Shown here: positions 31,050-39,841 of the stretch, piece by piece | Layout of the letters: each line of letters begins with the position of its first letter | Position numbering within the stretch: position 1 is the first letter of the stretch | DNA from: Candidatus Woesearchaeota archaeon | GTDB lineage: Archaea; Nanobdellota; Nanobdellia; Pacearchaeales; GW2011-AR1 | DNA: 43,512 nt | Direction of reading: 5' to 3' | NCBI GenBank assembly: GCA_964361295.1 | Contig: CAYIAD010000001.1 | Span: 1 to 43,512 of the forward strand | Made by a program: the position numbers and the translations under genes | The notes under the pieces: model-generated | Told to the model about the DNA's origin: nothing | Databases searched by the model: none | The model's input: the letters and a program-made list of their open reading frames with translations, nothing else

Positions 31050-32406
31050 TTGCTTTTTCAACCCCCTTCTCGTAAGCAGTTTTAGCAACAATTTTATAAC
31101 GATACTCCAAATGAGGATTATCTATTATTTTCTTTAAAGTTTCTTTGGAGACATTTTTATTCCTAGATATAATTCTTAATAAGTATTCGTAACCTTTTTT
31201 ACATCCCTTGTCTACAATTGCGTTTAATATTTTATCGGGACATTCATTATGGCAACATATAGAAGCAAGAACAACCCATTTATCGCTTTTAGAATATCTA
31301 TTAAATATCTCCTCATGCATTTCCGAATCCCCTGATAAACTTAAATTCCATATAACCGCCATTTGTAATAACACATCAGAATCTTCAATTTGATTAATTT
31401 CTGATTTAATAAAATTGCCTTCTAAAAAATTTCTAAATTTATCTGCCCAATCGTAACTTCTTGAAGAGTGAAGATAAGAAATAAACAATTCCCAAATTCT
31501 CTGCTTCAATTCGGCGACATTTTTTATGTGCCCTTCCAAGTAATTTTTAAGATAAATTTCATCAATTATTGAATCGTCTTTAAAGGATTTTCTTTTGAAC
31601 AAAAGAGAAACTGTTTTTTCGTCTAAATAAGTAAGACCTGCTTCGAGAGTCCATTTATTTTGAATTAAAATTTCATTTCGAAGAATAAGAACCACATTAA
31701 CGCTTTCAGAATATTTAGTATAATCTACCAAATTAATTAACCCTCTTTCATAAAGAGAACTAAGAGATTTATAGACTAAAGGAAAATTATCTTCGGTATT
31801 TATTTTTCTTCCTTCAGAAGAATCAATTAAATTAACAAACCATGTTAAAAACATAAAATCTCTTGTTCCACCATGCCCGTATTTTACATTTTTTACTCCA
31901 GGCTTTGTTCTTTGAGTGTAATATTGATCAAAATAGAGTTTTTGGAAACAAAGAACTCTTTCAAATCTTTCCCTTGTGCAATATTCTGTTTTAAGAGCCT
32001 CAATATGATTATTAACATCATAATCGCCATAAATAAACTTTGATTCAACTACTTGATTTCCTTCGGTTATGCTATCTTTTGCATATGCTTCACAGTCTTC
32101 ATAATTCCCCCAATCTGGAATATCAATCTTCTCAAAATTCTCTTTTTCAAGAAGTTTAATAAATTCATTTCTAAAGATTGAATAGTCTTCATTGTCTGCT
32201 TCTCTGATTATCATTATATCGGCATCAGATTCGTCAACCATCTCTTGTCGAGAAGGCGAACCAAAAAGAAAAATAGCTATACCCTTCAATTTTTTGCAGG
32301 GTATTGTTTGCTCTGCTTTCTCTGCAATACTTTGTATTAATTCTCTAAACTTATAGGAATAATTTGTTACATAAACAAATCCTCCATTAACTTTGCATTT
32401 TACCAT
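31036..32406 (-). CDS. GlnD/GlnE-like (protein-)nucleotidyltransferase with helical C-terminal region
   Basis: The Pol-beta NTase motif is FLFGSPSRQEMVDESDADIMII. NVKYGHGGTRDFMFLTW resembles the N-x-K-x-x-x-GG-(L/I)-RD-(I)-E/x block of GlnD/GlnE. Confidence 0.55.
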   Translation of the reverse strand: MVKCKVNGGFVYVTNYSYKFRELIQSIAEKAEQTIPCKKLKGIAIFLFGSPSRQEMVDESDADIMIIREADNEDYSIFRNEFIKLLEKENFEKIDIPDWGNYEDCEAYAKDSITEGNQVVESKFIYGDYDVNNHIEALKTEYCTRERFERVLCFQKLYFDQYYTQRTKPGVKNVKYGHGGTRDFMFLTWFVNLIDSSEGRKINTEDNFPLVYKSLSSLYERGLINLVDYTKYSESVNVVLILRNEILIQNKWTLEAGLTYLDEKTVSLLFKRKSFKDDSIIDEIYLKNYLEGHIKNVAELKQRIWELFISYLHSSRSYDWADKFRNFLEGNFIKSEINQIEDSDVLLQMAVIWNLSLSGDSEMHEEIFNRYSKSDKWVVLASICCHNECPDKILNAIVDKGCKKGYEYLLRIISRNKNVSKETLKKIIDNPHLEYRYKIVAKTAYEKGVEKANELR

Positions 32407-32625
32407 GTTAATTGAATAGATTGGTACTTTTTAAGTTTTTGCTCTGTTGTCACTTATTAGTTATTCTAACTTTTAAGTTAATACAAAATCAATTCTTACT
32501 TTTATAAAAACAAGAAAACTATTTTGTAGAGCGAAGCTAATCTTTTATCCTTTCAGCCCATGTCAAGAGGCATAAAATTTAAAGTGAATCAAAATCTAAA
32601 ACATGTTAAGTCTTGAAATCAAAAT

Positions 32626-32634
32626 AAATATAAA
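32626..32634 (+). promoter_or_regulatory. TATA-like box AAATATAAA
   Basis: It ends 21 nt upstream of the ATG at 32656. Confidence 0.4.
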
Positions 32635-32655
32635 CTATAAATTTGTTTATATTAA

Positions 32656-34002
32656 ATGGCTAACAAACAATTAACTTTAGTTTTAAATCAAGTTCTTGAA
32701 AGAGTTGAACCTCCTAAAGAAGATATAGATTTTATAACAGAATATTTGAAGGATTTTATTAATGGAGTAAAAAAAGAGATAAAAAAACAGAGAATTGTCG
32801 TCGAGGTTTTTGTTGGTGGAAGTTTTGCAAAAAAAACAATGATTAAAAAGGATAAATATGATGTAGATGTTTTTTTGAGATTTGACAAGAAGTATGGAAA
32901 TAAAATTTCAGAACTGGCTAAAAAATTAATCAAAGAAAAATACGAAGTAATCCATGGTTCAAGAGATTATTTTAGAATAAAAGTAAATCCACATTTCTCA
33001 ATAGAATTAATTCCTGTGATAAAAGTTTCAAAACCAGAACTTTCAGAAAATATAACTGACTTGTCTTACTCTCATGTTAGATACATTAATAAAAAGATGA
33101 AAAATAAAAAACTCCTTGACGAGATAAAAATCGCAAAAGCTTTTTGCTATGCAAATAATTGTTATGGAGCTGAATCTTATATAGGTGGTTTTTCTGGTTA
33201 TGCTTTAGAATTGCTGGTTTATCATTATGGAAGTTTTATTAAATTTTTGAAAGGAATATTAAAGGGAGGGGAGGGGGAAAATAAGCATAAGGGAATATGG
33301 ACAAAAGAATATGAAAAAAAATATGATGACTTAAATAAAAAAATAGTAATTGATATAGAAAAGAATTATAAAAATAAAGCAGAAATTTTAATAGATTTGA
33401 ATAGTGCAAAATTGCAATCCCCGATTGTGCTGATTGATCCTACTTTTCAGCAAAGAAATGTTAGTGCTGCTTTGTCTGAAGAAACTTTGGATAAATTTAA
33501 AAAATCTGCAAAGAAATTCCTTAAAACTCCGTCGATAAAGGCGTTTGAAACAGAAAAAATAGATTATGAAAAAGAAAAGGGAAATGCAAAGAAAAATAAA
33601 AAAGAATTTATCTTGATTGAAATTGAAACAGATAAACAAGAAGGGGATGTTGCTGGAAGCAAGCTTCTGAAATTTTACAAACATATTTCAGAGGAGATTG
33701 AAAAATTTTTTAATCTAAAGAACAAAGGATTTGAGTATAATGATAGAAAAACAGCAAGGGTATTTTTTAGTGCTAATCAAAAAAAAGAAATTTTATTTGA
33801 GGGGCCATTAGTCAAGGATGAAAAGAGTGTAGGTTTTTTTAAAAAATGGCACAAAAATACTTTTGAGAAAAAGGGGAGAGTTTTTGCTAGAGAAAAGGTG
33901 AATGTTAGTTTAGGAGAATTTATTAAGAAATGGGTAGAGAAAAATTCTAAAAAAGTAAAAGAAATGTATATTGAAAAATTAGAAATTAAAGATGTCTTGT
34001 AA
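32656..34002 (+). CDS. cca: Archaeal class I CCA-adding enzyme (tRNA nucleotidyltransferase)
   Basis: VFVGGSFAKKTMIKKDKYDVDVFLRF carries the GS...DxD motif in the class-I arrangement. The ~450-aa size and conserved blocks such as YSHVRYINKK and AKAFCYANNCYGAES also fit. Confidence 0.8.
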   Translation: MANKQLTLVLNQVLERVEPPKEDIDFITEYLKDFINGVKKEIKKQRIVVEVFVGGSFAKKTMIKKDKYDVDVFLRFDKKYGNKISELAKKLIKEKYEVIHGSRDYFRIKVNPHFSIELIPVIKVSKPELSENITDLSYSHVRYINKKMKNKKLLDEIKIAKAFCYANNCYGAESYIGGFSGYALELLVYHYGSFIKFLKGILKGGEGENKHKGIWTKEYEKKYDDLNKKIVIDIEKNYKNKAEILIDLNSAKLQSPIVLIDPTFQQRNVSAALSEETLDKFKKSAKKFLKTPSIKAFETEKIDYEKEKGNAKKNKKEFILIEIETDKQEGDVAGSKLLKFYKHISEEIEKFFNLKNKGFEYNDRKTARVFFSANQKKEILFEGPLVKDEKSVGFFKKWHKNTFEKKGRVFAREKVNVSLGEFIKKWVEKNSKKVKEMYIEKLEIKDVL

Positions 34003-34174
34003 TATCTAAAGGTTTTATTCTTATAAATTGTTTAAAATCTAATGGTTTTCTAGAAGGTGTAGGATTTGCGAGTTGTTTAAAGCAATATCCATTATATTCT
34101 TTAACTTTTGCCTCTAATTCTTCTACCTCTGCCTTATATACTTCTGAATAAGATAAAAATTGTTTTGTTTTCAT
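33986..34174 (-). CDS. Small hypothetical protein (62 aa), last gene of the TrmB operon
   Basis: It overlaps the TrmB gene stop by 4 nt, which suggests translational coupling. No motif was recognised. Confidence 0.35.
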   Translation of the reverse strand: MKTKQFLSYSEVYKAEVEELEAKVKEYNGYCFKQLANPTPSRKPLDFKQFIRIKPLDITRHL

Positions 34175-34950
34175 TTCACCTTCACTGCCTTTTCAAATAA
34201 AGTTGCAAAAGCTTGGGAGAAAAATTCTGAATTTATCCAAATTGCTGTTTCTCCTTCTTTTTCTTCTTTTGAAAGATAAAATAAAATTTCTTTTCTATCT
34301 ATGATAAAGAACTTAGTATCTACTTTTATTGGCTTGATTTTAACTTCTAATTTTTTCTCTAAATCTTTAATTAGTTTTTCATCTCCTGAAAGAGCTACTT
34401 CTATTTTTATTTTGTTTTTAGTTAAAGATTCAAAAGTTTGCTTGAATAAACTTTTCTTAGATGCAACTTCGTCTGCTGTTGTGCAGATTATAACTTCTTT
34501 TTTAGCATTTTGAAGTATCTCTCTTAGATAACTGGAAATGTTTGATCTTCCTTTTAGCGACGCTGAAAGGTCTTCTCTTTTTACTGGAAGTATTCCTTCC
34601 TTGTAAAGCTCTTCTAATTGCTCAAACTCTGCAGTTTCCTTTATTTTTGAAAGAGTTATAACTTTTTCATCAGCTTCTTTTTTAACATTATTTTTTAATT
34701 TTTCTAAAATAGTTTGCGGTTTAACTCCAATGTATTTTACTGGTTTTCCTAATTTGATTATTGCGAATCCGTTTTTTTCCAAACTCTCTAAAACATCGTA
34801 GGTTCTTGAACGAGGAACTCTTGAAAGTTCAGCGACTTCACCAGCAGATGCAATTCCTTTTGAAAGCAAAGCTAACCAAACTTTTGTCTCGTAGACATTC
34901 AAATCAAAATAATCTTTGATTTTATTTATTAGTTCTTGTTTTACTATCAT
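34171..34950 (-). CDS. TrmB-family transcriptional regulator
   Basis: The N-terminal winged-HTH is ETKVWLALLSKGIASAGEVAELSRVPRSRTYDVLESLEKNGF, and a C-terminal TrmB-like domain follows. Confidence 0.8.
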   Translation of the reverse strand: MIVKQELINKIKDYFDLNVYETKVWLALLSKGIASAGEVAELSRVPRSRTYDVLESLEKNGFAIIKLGKPVKYIGVKPQTILEKLKNNVKKEADEKVITLSKIKETAEFEQLEELYKEGILPVKREDLSASLKGRSNISSYLREILQNAKKEVIICTTADEVASKKSLFKQTFESLTKNKIKIEVALSGDEKLIKDLEKKLEVKIKPIKVDTKFFIIDRKEILFYLSKEEKEGETAIWINSEFFSQAFATLFEKAVKVK

Positions 34951-34951
34951 T

Positions 34952-35185
34952 TTAAAGTTTAACTCCTGGCGATTTATTTTCTAATTGACTTTCTAAATTA
35001 TTTTTATTTAATTGGTCTCTTATGTCGCTCATAACTTCACTTCCAAAATTTCGTGCTGATAAATATAAAGCAATTCCACCCAAAATACTAAGAGTATTTT
35101 GAGACCATGCTACTGTAGCTATTCCGGTAATTTCTCCTAAATATTGGGCAAATCTTCCTGCAATATAATTTGTTCTGTCTATCAT
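34952..35185 (-). CDS. Small hypothetical membrane protein (77 aa)
   Basis: It has two hydrophobic segments and is tightly packed, 1 nt from the TrmB start. Confidence 0.4.
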   Translation of the reverse strand: MIDRTNYIAGRFAQYLGEITGIATVAWSQNTLSILGGIALYLSARNFGSEVMSDIRDQLNKNNLESQLENKSPGVKL

Positions 35186-35186
35186 T

Positions 35187-35417
35187 TTAAAGTCCCATAA
35201 TTGCTTGTTTTAATTGACTTATTCTTGAATTTCTCTGATGATTTTCTGACTCTAACATTAATATTAATTCAGAAGTTAAACCTATTTTAGCGAATTTATA
35301 ATTAAGGTTATTCGGTTGATAATTTTGTAATGTCCTTATGTATCTAGCTATAACTGGGTCTTGCACTTCATCTGCAAATCCATGCTCTCTAAACAATCTC
35401 ATAACTTTTCCTGTCAT
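35187..35417 (-). CDS. Small hypothetical protein (76 aa)
   Basis: It is tightly packed in the operon with 1-nt gaps on both sides. No motif was recognised. Confidence 0.4.
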   Translation of the reverse strand: MTGKVMRLFREHGFADEVQDPVIARYIRTLQNYQPNNLNYKFAKIGLTSELILMLESENHQRNSRISQLKQAIMGL

Positions 35418-35418
35418 T

Positions 35419-35775
35419 TTATATCGCTACTCCTTTAAACTCTTGTTTAAATGGGTTTAAACTTCTTAAAATTTTCTTAACTAATCCTGAACTAGATTGA
35501 GATTTGACAATTTTTTGTGATTTTTGCTCTTCTTCTTTAATTATGTGATATAATCTAGTTTGTAGATTATTATACCTCTCTTCATAAGGTTCTTTTAATA
35601 GAAATAACCATCCTTTATCTTGTGCTTCAATAGATAATTGAGTAAAATATCCTTGTGGATATGTTTTATCTGGATTTTGTTCATATTCCTTAATTGCTCT
35701 TTCAGCTATCTCTAAGAAAGCAACTCCCCTTACTAATTTGATTCCATGATAAATTTCGTCCTTCATTCTTTCCAT
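35419..35775 (-). CDS. Hypothetical protein (118 aa from first ATG)
   Basis: The ORF-track start at 35799 is TTG. The first ATG (MERMKDE..) is at 35775, 30 nt downstream of a consensus promoter box. Confidence 0.45.
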   Translation of the reverse strand: MERMKDEIYHGIKLVRGVAFLEIAERAIKEYEQNPDKTYPQGYFTQLSIEAQDKGWLFLLKEPYEERYNNLQTRLYHIIKEEEQKSQKIVKSQSSSGLVKKILRSLNPFKQEFKGVAI

Positions 35776-35805
35776 TTTTTCACTACTTAGAACATACAAA
35801 ATTCA

Positions 35806-35818
35806 TTTATAAATCTTT
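35806..35818 (-). promoter_or_regulatory. BRE/TATA box AAAGATTTATAAA (minus strand) for the small-ORF/TrmB operon
   Basis: It is the exact 13-mer seen at 62-74 and 2548-2560. Confidence 0.5.
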
Positions 35819-36014
35819 CGTATATGTTGTCTTTTATTAGTAGGAACAATGGGGGGATTTAATTTTCCTATTTTGGAAACTGAATTTGTAAAAATTTTTC
35901 CTTATCTTGTTTCTAATGGCGACGGAAAAAGTGTTTATATTAAAAGAGAAATTGTTCCATCTTTCCCTCTGCCTTGAAGCAAGTCGTCTTAATTGCCTCC
36001 TCCTGAAAATTCCC

Positions 36015-37055
36015 TTACAGCAATGCCCAATTAATTAACATTCCTAAAAATATTCCAGCTGTAATGAATGGCATTGCGGGATAAAATTTCTTTTTTTCAG
36101 AATATAAAAATAATCCAAATAATCCTATGACAGCTCCGAGAATTACCAGTAAAGATGCGAGAGGAATTTGAAGTCCTAAAATTGTTGTAAAACCATAAGT
36201 TTTTAGCATAACTCCTGAAACTAAAATTGGGAATACAACATCTCCTCCTCCGAGAATAGCTACGCTAACTTTAATTTGTTTTGCACCTGCTTTTTTGAGC
36301 TGTGCTTTTGAAAGTGATTTCATTGCTTGAATTTTTTCTTTAACTTTTTTAGAAACATAAGGAACAAAAAAACCAGAGAAAATCTTTAGATTATTAATTT
36401 GATATTTTGCCATTTTTTGCATAATTCCAGAATGCCAGACAGCCCACATATCATAAACAGAAATTACAATAAGTAAAATAATCATTGTCTTTAAATTTAA
36501 AATTGGAACAAAGACCGACGCTATTCCAGGGTAAATTAAAAGCTCTGTAATGTTATGCACTATAAAATTTGTTTTGTAAATTTTTATAAAAGCTAGAGGA
36601 AGAGCAATTATCAAAGCAATTAAAGAGGGATAGAAACCCAAAGGAAGAAAAGAATTTATTGCAATCCCTAAAGCGATTGTGACAACAAAGAAAAACCAGA
36701 GTTTAATTACAAATTCTGCTTTGAATTTTGTTAGTAAAAATAAAAGAGAAATTGCTATGACAAATGCAAAAATTAAGGAATAAAAAAAACCAAAATAATC
36801 TGATTCTGTTTCAATTTCTGGGGTTTCCATTCCATAAGGAAGAACAGGAGCATCTGAGATATTTATCGAATTTCCGTCGATAATTTTCGTTGGAGAGTAA
36901 GCATTAACAACATAAAGCCCGATAAACTGAGTTATAATAAACATTCCTAAAAGCACTAAAGTTATTTTCAGATTATGTTTCATAAAAAGAACCCCCTGTT
37001 CTTTTTGAATCTCCTCGAAATACGGAAGGGTGACATCGCCATTGCGCATAGGCAT
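36015..37055 (-). CDS. Presenilin/signal-peptide-peptidase-like intramembrane aspartyl protease (A22 family)
   Basis: It is polytopic, with the YD motif (VISVYDMWAVW), the GxGD motif (AILGGGDVVFPI) and a PAL-like FYPAMPF. An alternative start at 36983 (MKHNLKI..) is preceded by GGGGGT and is equally plausible. Confidence 0.75.
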   Translation of the reverse strand: MPMRNGDVTLPYFEEIQKEQGVLFMKHNLKITLVLLGMFIITQFIGLYVVNAYSPTKIIDGNSINISDAPVLPYGMETPEIETESDYFGFFYSLIFAFVIAISLLFLLTKFKAEFVIKLWFFFVVTIALGIAINSFLPLGFYPSLIALIIALPLAFIKIYKTNFIVHNITELLIYPGIASVFVPILNLKTMIILLIVISVYDMWAVWHSGIMQKMAKYQINNLKIFSGFFVPYVSKKVKEKIQAMKSLSKAQLKKAGAKQIKVSVAILGGGDVVFPILVSGVMLKTYGFTTILGLQIPLASLLVILGAVIGLFGLFLYSEKKKFYPAMPFITAGIFLGMLINWALL

Positions 37056-37194
37056 CGCGAGATACGGAATATTTTTTTCGCGAGGTTGCTTCAGCTATCG
37101 CTGTAAAATCGCAAGGCTGTGGATACCACATGAAAAAAAATTTTTTATATTTCATTGAATCACCTAAAATAGAAAGTCAAAAGATGTTTTTAAA

Positions 37195-39078
37195 TTATCT
37201 TAATCTCAAAGCATCAAGCAATCTTGGAACATTAGTTTCTGTGTGCGTGAGTTTGTAAAGTGATGACGCTAAATCAAGAGATTTTGAAATTTCTCCATGA
37301 TTAATTAAAATTCTTTTTGGTTTAGGGTATATATTATTAAAGAATGCCATAATCTCATTTCTTCCAGCGTGGGCAGTTAGTCCGTCGATTGTGTCAACTT
37401 CCATATTGATTTCAATTTTTTCTTCTCTTCCTTCGACATTCATGAAAGTTTGTTTTATTCCATCTTGAACTTGTCGTCCTAAAGAACCAGGACCTTGATA
37501 ACATACGAAAACTATTGAATTATTTTTGCTTTCTGCGAATTCTCTGAAATATTCTACTGAAGCTCCACCAACTAACATACCTGAAGTTGCAAGAACAATG
37601 CATGGCCCTCCTTCAATAACTTGTTTTCTTTCTTGAGGAGAGCCAACTCTTGAGAAAACTTCTGAGATAAAAGGATTTTTATCTTGGAAAATTTGTGAGC
37701 GAACATTTACTCCTAAGAAATCTGGATAAGCTGTGTGGATTGCGTTGATATCCCAAATCATACCATCAATATAAATCGGAACTTTTGGAAGTTTTCCTTC
37801 ACGCATTGCATCTTCTAAAATTAACATTGTTTCTTGAGCTCTACCCAATCCTAATTCTGGAATCAAAACTTTTCCTTTTCTGTCAATTGTTTTTCTTACA
37901 ATTTCCAATAATTTTTCTTCTGCCTCTGCTCTTGGTGGAAGTATATCTTCTTTTGCACCATAAGTTGATTCTGTAATTATTGTTTCTACCCTCGGGAAAG
38001 ATGCAACTGCAGGGTCGAGCAATCTTGAACGCCCGTATTTATAATCGCCAGTGTAAACTAAATTGTGTGTTCCATTTCCAATGTTAAGGTGAATCAGCGC
38101 ACTTCCGAGAGCGTGTCCAGAATTATAAAAAGTTAATCTTATATCAGGAGTCACGTCGGTAACTTCATTATAATTTAAACAAATAGAATGCTTTACCATC
38201 TCTTTTATATCTTTAGAAGCAAATAGTGGGGCAGATGCTTGCTTGTAAGCAACACCGATAAAATCTAAAGATAACAAAGCTGCGATGTCTCGTGTAGGAG
38301 GAGTCATATAAACTGGACCTTTGTAACCCATTTTGTATAAATAAGGCAAAAGCCCGACGTGGTCAAGATGTGCATGAGAAATTATTACAGCATCTAGTTG
38401 GGAAATGTCAAATTCTGGAACATTAAAATAAGGGAACTTATCTGTTCCTGAAGAAGCAACATCAATTCCACAATCTAAAAGAATTTTTGAAACAGGAGTT
38501 TGTAATAAAAGGCAAGATCTTCCAACTTGTCGTGCCCCTCCTAAAAAACTAACTCTAACCCATTCGTCAACTTTTTCTGGATTCCAACCAGCATAGATTT
38601 TTTTTCCTATTTGGTTTAGGAATTTTCTTCTGTAAGTATTATTATCATAAAGAACCTCTCTAATATTTTCTGTAATTTTACTTGGGATTGCGGCTGAACG
38701 CTGAATTTGCGGAGTCCAAAGAGTTTCCTGCTTTATCTCGTCGAGAATTGAACCTTGTTTTCCAATAACTAGTCCTGGTTTTTTGGCTTCGATTACAACA
38801 ATGCTTCTATTGATATCAAAAATAATATTTGTAATCTCTGCATCAGTAGGAACAATTTTCCTTATATCTTTTTCAGTCTGCTCTTTATCTTTTAGAATCT
38901 TCGGGTCTGCTCTTAGTTCAATTCTTTTTTTAATTTCATTTACAATTTCACGAATTTTTGACTCGCCTTCTTTGAAGAATTTTTCATTATCTGTATAGAG
39001 AACTACATTTGCTCCTTCAAAATCTGCTTCTACAATTTTTCCTGAAAGTTTTTCTGTTATTTCTTTTAATATGTCCAT
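37195..39078 (-). CDS. aCPSF1: KH-domain beta-CASP metallo-beta-lactamase ribonuclease
   Basis: It has N-terminal KH-like repeats, HAHLDHVG (the MBL motif) and beta-CASP blocks, at ~630 aa. The ORF-track start at 39135 is TTG, so the ATG at 39078 (MDILKEI..), preceded by AGAGGT, is used. Adjacency to psmB is typical of archaea. Confidence 0.85.
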   Translation of the reverse strand: MDILKEITEKLSGKIVEADFEGANVVLYTDNEKFFKEGESKIREIVNEIKKRIELRADPKILKDKEQTEKDIRKIVPTDAEITNIIFDINRSIVVIEAKKPGLVIGKQGSILDEIKQETLWTPQIQRSAAIPSKITENIREVLYDNNTYRRKFLNQIGKKIYAGWNPEKVDEWVRVSFLGGARQVGRSCLLLQTPVSKILLDCGIDVASSGTDKFPYFNVPEFDISQLDAVIISHAHLDHVGLLPYLYKMGYKGPVYMTPPTRDIAALLSLDFIGVAYKQASAPLFASKDIKEMVKHSICLNYNEVTDVTPDIRLTFYNSGHALGSALIHLNIGNGTHNLVYTGDYKYGRSRLLDPAVASFPRVETIITESTYGAKEDILPPRAEAEEKLLEIVRKTIDRKGKVLIPELGLGRAQETMLILEDAMREGKLPKVPIYIDGMIWDINAIHTAYPDFLGVNVRSQIFQDKNPFISEVFSRVGSPQERKQVIEGGPCIVLATSGMLVGGASVEYFREFAESKNNSIVFVCYQGPGSLGRQVQDGIKQTFMNVEGREEKIEINMEVDTIDGLTAHAGRNEIMAFFNNIYPKPKRILINHGEISKSLDLASSLYKLTHTETNVPRLLDALRLR

Positions 39079-39109
39079 GTGAAAATTATTTACCTCTTTG
39101 AATTTAAAA

Positions 39110-39769
39110 TTATCCGTCTTTATACTCTGGCTCAATTGTTTGCTCTACAACTTTTTTTATTCCGTCTTTAGTTATTGTGAAGATATCGATTCCATAACCA
39201 GAGCCTGTATCTCTTTGAGTTGAGGATTTTAAAGATTCTTTTGCTAGGTGAATTCCTTCTTGAATTGTTAAATTTTTTTTGTATTGTCTTTCTAATAAAC
39301 CTAAAACATAAGGCATACCTGAACCAAAATTAGCGTCGTAGTCCTCTACTTTAACTACGCTTCCTGCCGGTTCAATTGTGTATAATTCCACTGAACCATC
39401 TTCGTTGAAACCACCTAAAAGAAATCCTGCTTGTTGAGGAATCATAGAAGGTTGTCTTATTCCGTTGTAACTTATATTTGCCAGTAAACTTGATGCTTGT
39501 TTTATAGTTGGGCGTGAGTGAGATTTAAGTTCTTTAAGCTTTAACTCTGCTGTGAGAATTTTTGGAACTCTTTGAGCATCTGAAACCATTCCTGTAAAAG
39601 AGATTAAAAGATAGTCATTTATCTGCACTGTCTTTTTGTAGGTTTTTCCGACGACAAGATTTCCTGCAGTAATTTGCCTGTCAGAAGCCATTACAACTCC
39701 GTCTTTACAGACAATTCCTAGAATAGTTGTTCCTGTCTGAAGAATATTTTTTTTCAAATCTTTGTCCAT
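39110..39769 (-). CDS. psmB: Proteasome beta subunit
   Basis: The propeptide is followed by GTTILGIVCKDGVVMASD with the catalytic Thr, and ..GSGMPYV.. follows. Confidence 0.9.
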   Translation of the reverse strand: MDKDLKKNILQTGTTILGIVCKDGVVMASDRQITAGNLVVGKTYKKTVQINDYLLISFTGMVSDAQRVPKILTAELKLKELKSHSRPTIKQASSLLANISYNGIRQPSMIPQQAGFLLGGFNEDGSVELYTIEPAGSVVKVEDYDANFGSGMPYVLGLLERQYKKNLTIQEGIHLAKESLKSSTQRDTGSGYGIDIFTITKDGIKKVVEQTIEPEYKDG

Positions 39770-39794
39770 TTTAGAATATCTAATTGTTATTAGA

Positions 39795-39803
39795 ATTTAT
39801 AAT
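39795..39803 (-). promoter_or_regulatory. TATA box (minus strand AATTATAAATT core) for psmB
   Basis: It lies about 22-25 nt upstream of the ATG at 39769. Confidence 0.4.
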
Positions 39804-39841
39804 TATTTGGGGATTTTAGGGTTTATATAATTTTCGGAGGA

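Noticed and set aside
35849-35977. 42-codon plus-strand ORF (MGGFNFPILETEFVKIFPYLVSNGDGKSVYIKREIVPSFPLP) in the 35.8-36.0 kb intergenic region
   Set aside because: The nearest TATA box is 35 nt away, which is not the usual spacing, and it more likely serves the minus-strand operon. There is no SD and no recognisable family. I keep it only as a note.
36973-37155. 60-aa minus-strand ORF upstream of, and overlapping, the presenilin-like gene start
   Set aside because: It is out of frame with the protease and has no TATA box at the 21-nt spacing. The region is better treated as leader or N-terminal extension (see the finding).
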